This document shows, piece after piece, positions 50,378-53,995 of a stretch of 53,995 nucleotides of DNA (positions are counted from its first letter, which is position 1; each line of letters opens with the position of its first letter). The notes beneath the pieces are model-generated. The model saw nothing but the letters and a program-made list of their open reading frames with translations, had not been told where the DNA came from and did no database searches. Source of the DNA: Seison nebaliae (lineage: Eukaryota); NCBI GenBank assembly GCA_023231475.1, contig JALJEE010002086.1, positions 62,001 through 115,995 on the forward strand, read 5' to 3'. A program made the position numbers and the translations under genes.

Positions 50378-53300
50378 CCAAACAAAGTTTATGGTTATCA
50401 CTTTAACCTCTTATTTCATTCTCTGAGTTATCGATCTAATCAAATTATTCTCGATTAATAATCTCGGATATTTGTTTTTTATACGTTATTTATATCCCTT
50501 ATTCTTTTGTTACTTTGAATGATATCACATTAATTGTTCTTTATATAAATCGATCAGACAGACAAATAAAAGATTGATCTGAAGATACATTCTCAGGAAA
50601 ATGTGATTGAAATCATAAGATTTTATTTTCTAACGTTGTTAAGATCGCCGATTGGAAAAACATAAAAAGGTACTTAAAAAAGTTTCAAATCAACCGTCTT
50701 TCCAATTGTTCTAGATTCGTATAGTTGTCTGGCAAAAATTTAAAGACAAAAAAAAGTTTAAATGAAGTCATTTTAAAATAATTTAAAATTATCTCAATTA
50801 ATTTTTTTTACATTAACCAAGCAGATTTACCTGATCGCTTCAGTCTTATAACGATTAGGATTTGGAAAATTTGTACAAGGGAAATGTTCCACACGGAAAT
50901 AGGAATGCAAAAAGGTTGATATTGATATGTAGGTATTTAATACCCAGAGTTCGAAGGGTATTTTCAATTCTCGAACGAGAGATTGTAGACATTGATAAAC
51001 TAAATAATATTGTACTTGGACAATGCTTCTACTAAAAATTACATCAAAATTGTCATTGTCCATGTTGACAATTGACATTGAGTTAGTTAGACTGTGTCTT
51101 GAAAAGAAAAATATGAAGGCACGAAAAAATATAATTCTAGTGAGATGAGTTGAGAGTTCCATATATTTCTCCTTTCAGATTTTGAATTAGGTATCAAAAT
51201 AAGATTATCCGACATCAGTAAAGAAAAGTCGAGAGAAGAGATGAAGCGACTAACAGGTAAAAGTGAAGACCGGAAGACAATTGAAGAGACTAGATGAATA
51301 TGTAGTATGGAACTATCAGGAACAAGTGAAAGCTTAATTTAAACAAATTCGATTTGAATAACATTAATTTCATCGTACTAAAAACAACATTTTGACGATG
51401 GAAAGTGGTTATTTTAAGAATATTCATTTTGGTGATAAGTAGTAGAAGAATGTAAATCACACTCGTCGATGAGAAAGGAACAATTGGTGGTGATTCATCG
51501 CATCTTCCTAGATGGTCCCAAGTGAAATTAAAAGTTGACATTTGGTTTTCAATAATAAATTTCTCTTAATTTCAGTAGGTGAAAATATGAAGGAAATTGG
51601 GAGGAAGCATGTAAATAAATCAGAGAATGGGAACAATTTATTTAAAGATCTCATTTAATAATGATTAATCATCTAATTCCTCCAATATTCCTTTTGTAAA
51701 TTGTAGAATGATTCGATACAGCATATTCTTCCTGATATTGTGCATGATATTGGAATGGAAGAATTTTCAGACGTTTTGCCATCACAGAAAGAGTGACAGG
51801 AATTATTTCCATTATCATCATTACTATTTCCACTATTGTGCTTTCCCATGTATTACGATGTTATGAGAAATATCAACATATATTTCGTGGGAATTTAATG
51901 TAAAAATGACATCAATTCCAACTCATTATTCTTCCGTTTGATACATTTATTAGTAAATTACAACTACTAACTTCTCCATATCTCTCAAATAAGTATCACA
52001 CCGTCGTGTCTATCTAGTGATGGGCGAATGAAAGGAGAAATTGGAAAGATTGGAACCTCATAATGAAAATCATTAAAACGGTTTTTATTTTCAAATTATT
52101 TTCTTCTTCTTTCTTCAGACTGATGGCTGATTCCTACCAAAACTCCCCTCAGGCCTAATCATGGTAGTGAATACATGAATAAATATTTTGATAAGAGCCA
52201 ATACATAACAAATGTGAAATGAGATATGAAATATGTTAATGAGATACTTGTAACTTGTTAATATGTATTCTCATCATTATATGAGGAGTTGCATACTCTT
52301 ATCAGTTGCATCATAACATTTCTTCGAGAGACATAAGCATTTCCAATTACTCAATAGAAATACTTCAAACTTTCCACAAGATTCTCCTATGATGGTACAT
52401 GACTTCCGTTAGTGAAGGAAACACCATCGTCCAAATTCTAAGCAAACTATTAGCGTTAGAAGAACTATAAGGAAGACATAAAGCGATATTTGAAATCGAA
52501 AAAAATTTTCATTTTAATTCCAGCTTGTTTTTCTGCATCGACTTGGGACTATGTCCGGTTGACATCATGCTACAGTATGATGATATTAAACAAAGGAATA
52601 ATAATGTTTAACTAGTATTTCAATAAAATAAAAGTGTAATCACATGAAATTAATTTGAAGATCATTATAATATATTGAATATATCTATCTCATTAGAATA
52701 TTAATTTCTCTTAACAAATTTTTGAAATGATAATAAGAAAAATAAGAATGTGGTGAATTGTAGAGAAACATGAAGACTGGTAACGTATGAGAATAAGAAC
52801 TATTTAAAAAAAGGAAGACATCTTAACCAAACTTCAAAGTGATATATGCAGGATGTTCTATTTCTTCCCATAATTTCTCTATAATTAATTGTTAATTTAT
52901 ATAATCAAATTGGTATCTCATAACATGATTGTTTCTTTCTCGCCTTCCAGGGAAAATGGCAAAAATTTCATAATATTCTCAACAGCTAAGTTATAATATG
53001 ATCAAAAAATGAATGAGTAATAGGACAAGTAATGTTACCTCTCATTTCACTTAACTCGCCTATATCAGTAAACTTTTAACTTTTAATCGAACACTTTCCA
53101 CTGGAATTTCTCATTTATTATTACGAATTCAGAAACATATTCACTTTGAGTTATTTTAAATTAGTTCGATTAATTAACATGATACTGGTGTAGAATGGAG
53201 CTTGCATATCTAGAATGCTTTACTTTAACGCATCTGACCATATTCTAGGTGACATACGCATAAGCACACACGTAATATGCTTCTGTTCATGGTCGTTCTT

Positions 53301-53498
53301 ATGAACTTCCTCAAATGTTGTGAAGGAATATTACAAAGAAGTACGGCTTGTTTAATACTTATTAACTGTTAATTATTAAGTTATTAATAACATTTTGTGA
53401 TTTGCAATTTTCCAATACTAATGGTTATATTTGCTAATACTAGAAAGTTGGGAATTTTTATGACAAACGAATAGCAACTGTATAAGTAATGGATTCCC

Positions 53499-53762
53499 TG
53501 TGATTTCGTCACCCTATAATTTTAAAGCGAAAATCGGTGTTTTCGTCACCCATAAAATGGTGATTTCGTCACCCCTTTTAGAGTATTTCGGTGACTTCGT
53601 CACCCAAGAAAAAAATTTAACGTTAAATTTTGCGTATTTTTTGCTAAACGGTGAATTTGTCACCCATTTAGTCGTATTTCGATGAATTCGTCACCCATTT
53701 AGTTCTATTTCGGTGAATTCGTCACCCATTTGGTTCTATTTCGGTGAATTCGTCACCCATTT
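53499..53762. repeat. Minisatellite of palindromic GGTGA-N5-TCACC units (31-bp period in the right half)
   Basis: Eight copies of ggtgaattcgtcaccc-like motifs. The units at 53650, 53681, 53712 and 53743 are exactly 31 bp apart. Confidence 0.85.
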
Positions 53763-53995
53763 ATAAAAATATTTTTGTAAATTTTTTCATGTTTATGGAA
53801 ATAAATAAACTGGGTTTCAAAACTTTTGAACCTATCGAAATACATGTATAATGCATAAATTTTAAATAAGCGTGTCATATCTTTAGAAATTTATGGAAAA
53901 AACATCTTTTTAGCAACAAACTGAACCTTTATTTTTCAAGACATCAGCTATTCGTCGTGGAAATGAATCAATTAAATTATCAATAAAGTTTTGTT

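Noticed and set aside
50827..51541. ORFs of 111 and 83 aa and an exon-like stretch at ~51179-51297
   Set aside because: No recognisable domain, and no consistent splice chain could be built.
53499..53762. CRISPR-like array of palindromic repeats
   Set aside because: The spacers are short and similar to each other, the context is eukaryotic and there are no cas genes. It is a minisatellite.

Overview
AT-rich nuclear DNA from a bilaterian animal with a compact genome; the ORF track is broken up by tiny introns. Six protein-coding genes can be reconstructed: a ZDHHC21-like palmitoyltransferase (+), Prickle (-), nucleoporin Tpr/Megator (-), a long-prodomain caspase (-), an NCLX/SLC8B1-type cation/Ca2+ exchanger (+, 12 exons) and a very large rhodopsin-class GPCR (-). 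The window also holds a tRNA-Ala(TGC), two decayed pogo-like DDE transposons, hAT- and Mutator-like MITEs, and relics of a caspase, a PARP and an unknown gene. Two observations stand out. (1) All 17 introns reconstructed in the intact genes, plus 2 in a decayed gene, begin GTT rather than GTA/GTG, and the two longest begin GTTAGT, which points to a rewired 5' splice-site code. (2) A miR-124 gene at 28889-29052 (-) has its two arms separated by a ~98-nt loop, giving an extra-long precursor. All gene models were spliced by eye and no database searches were run.
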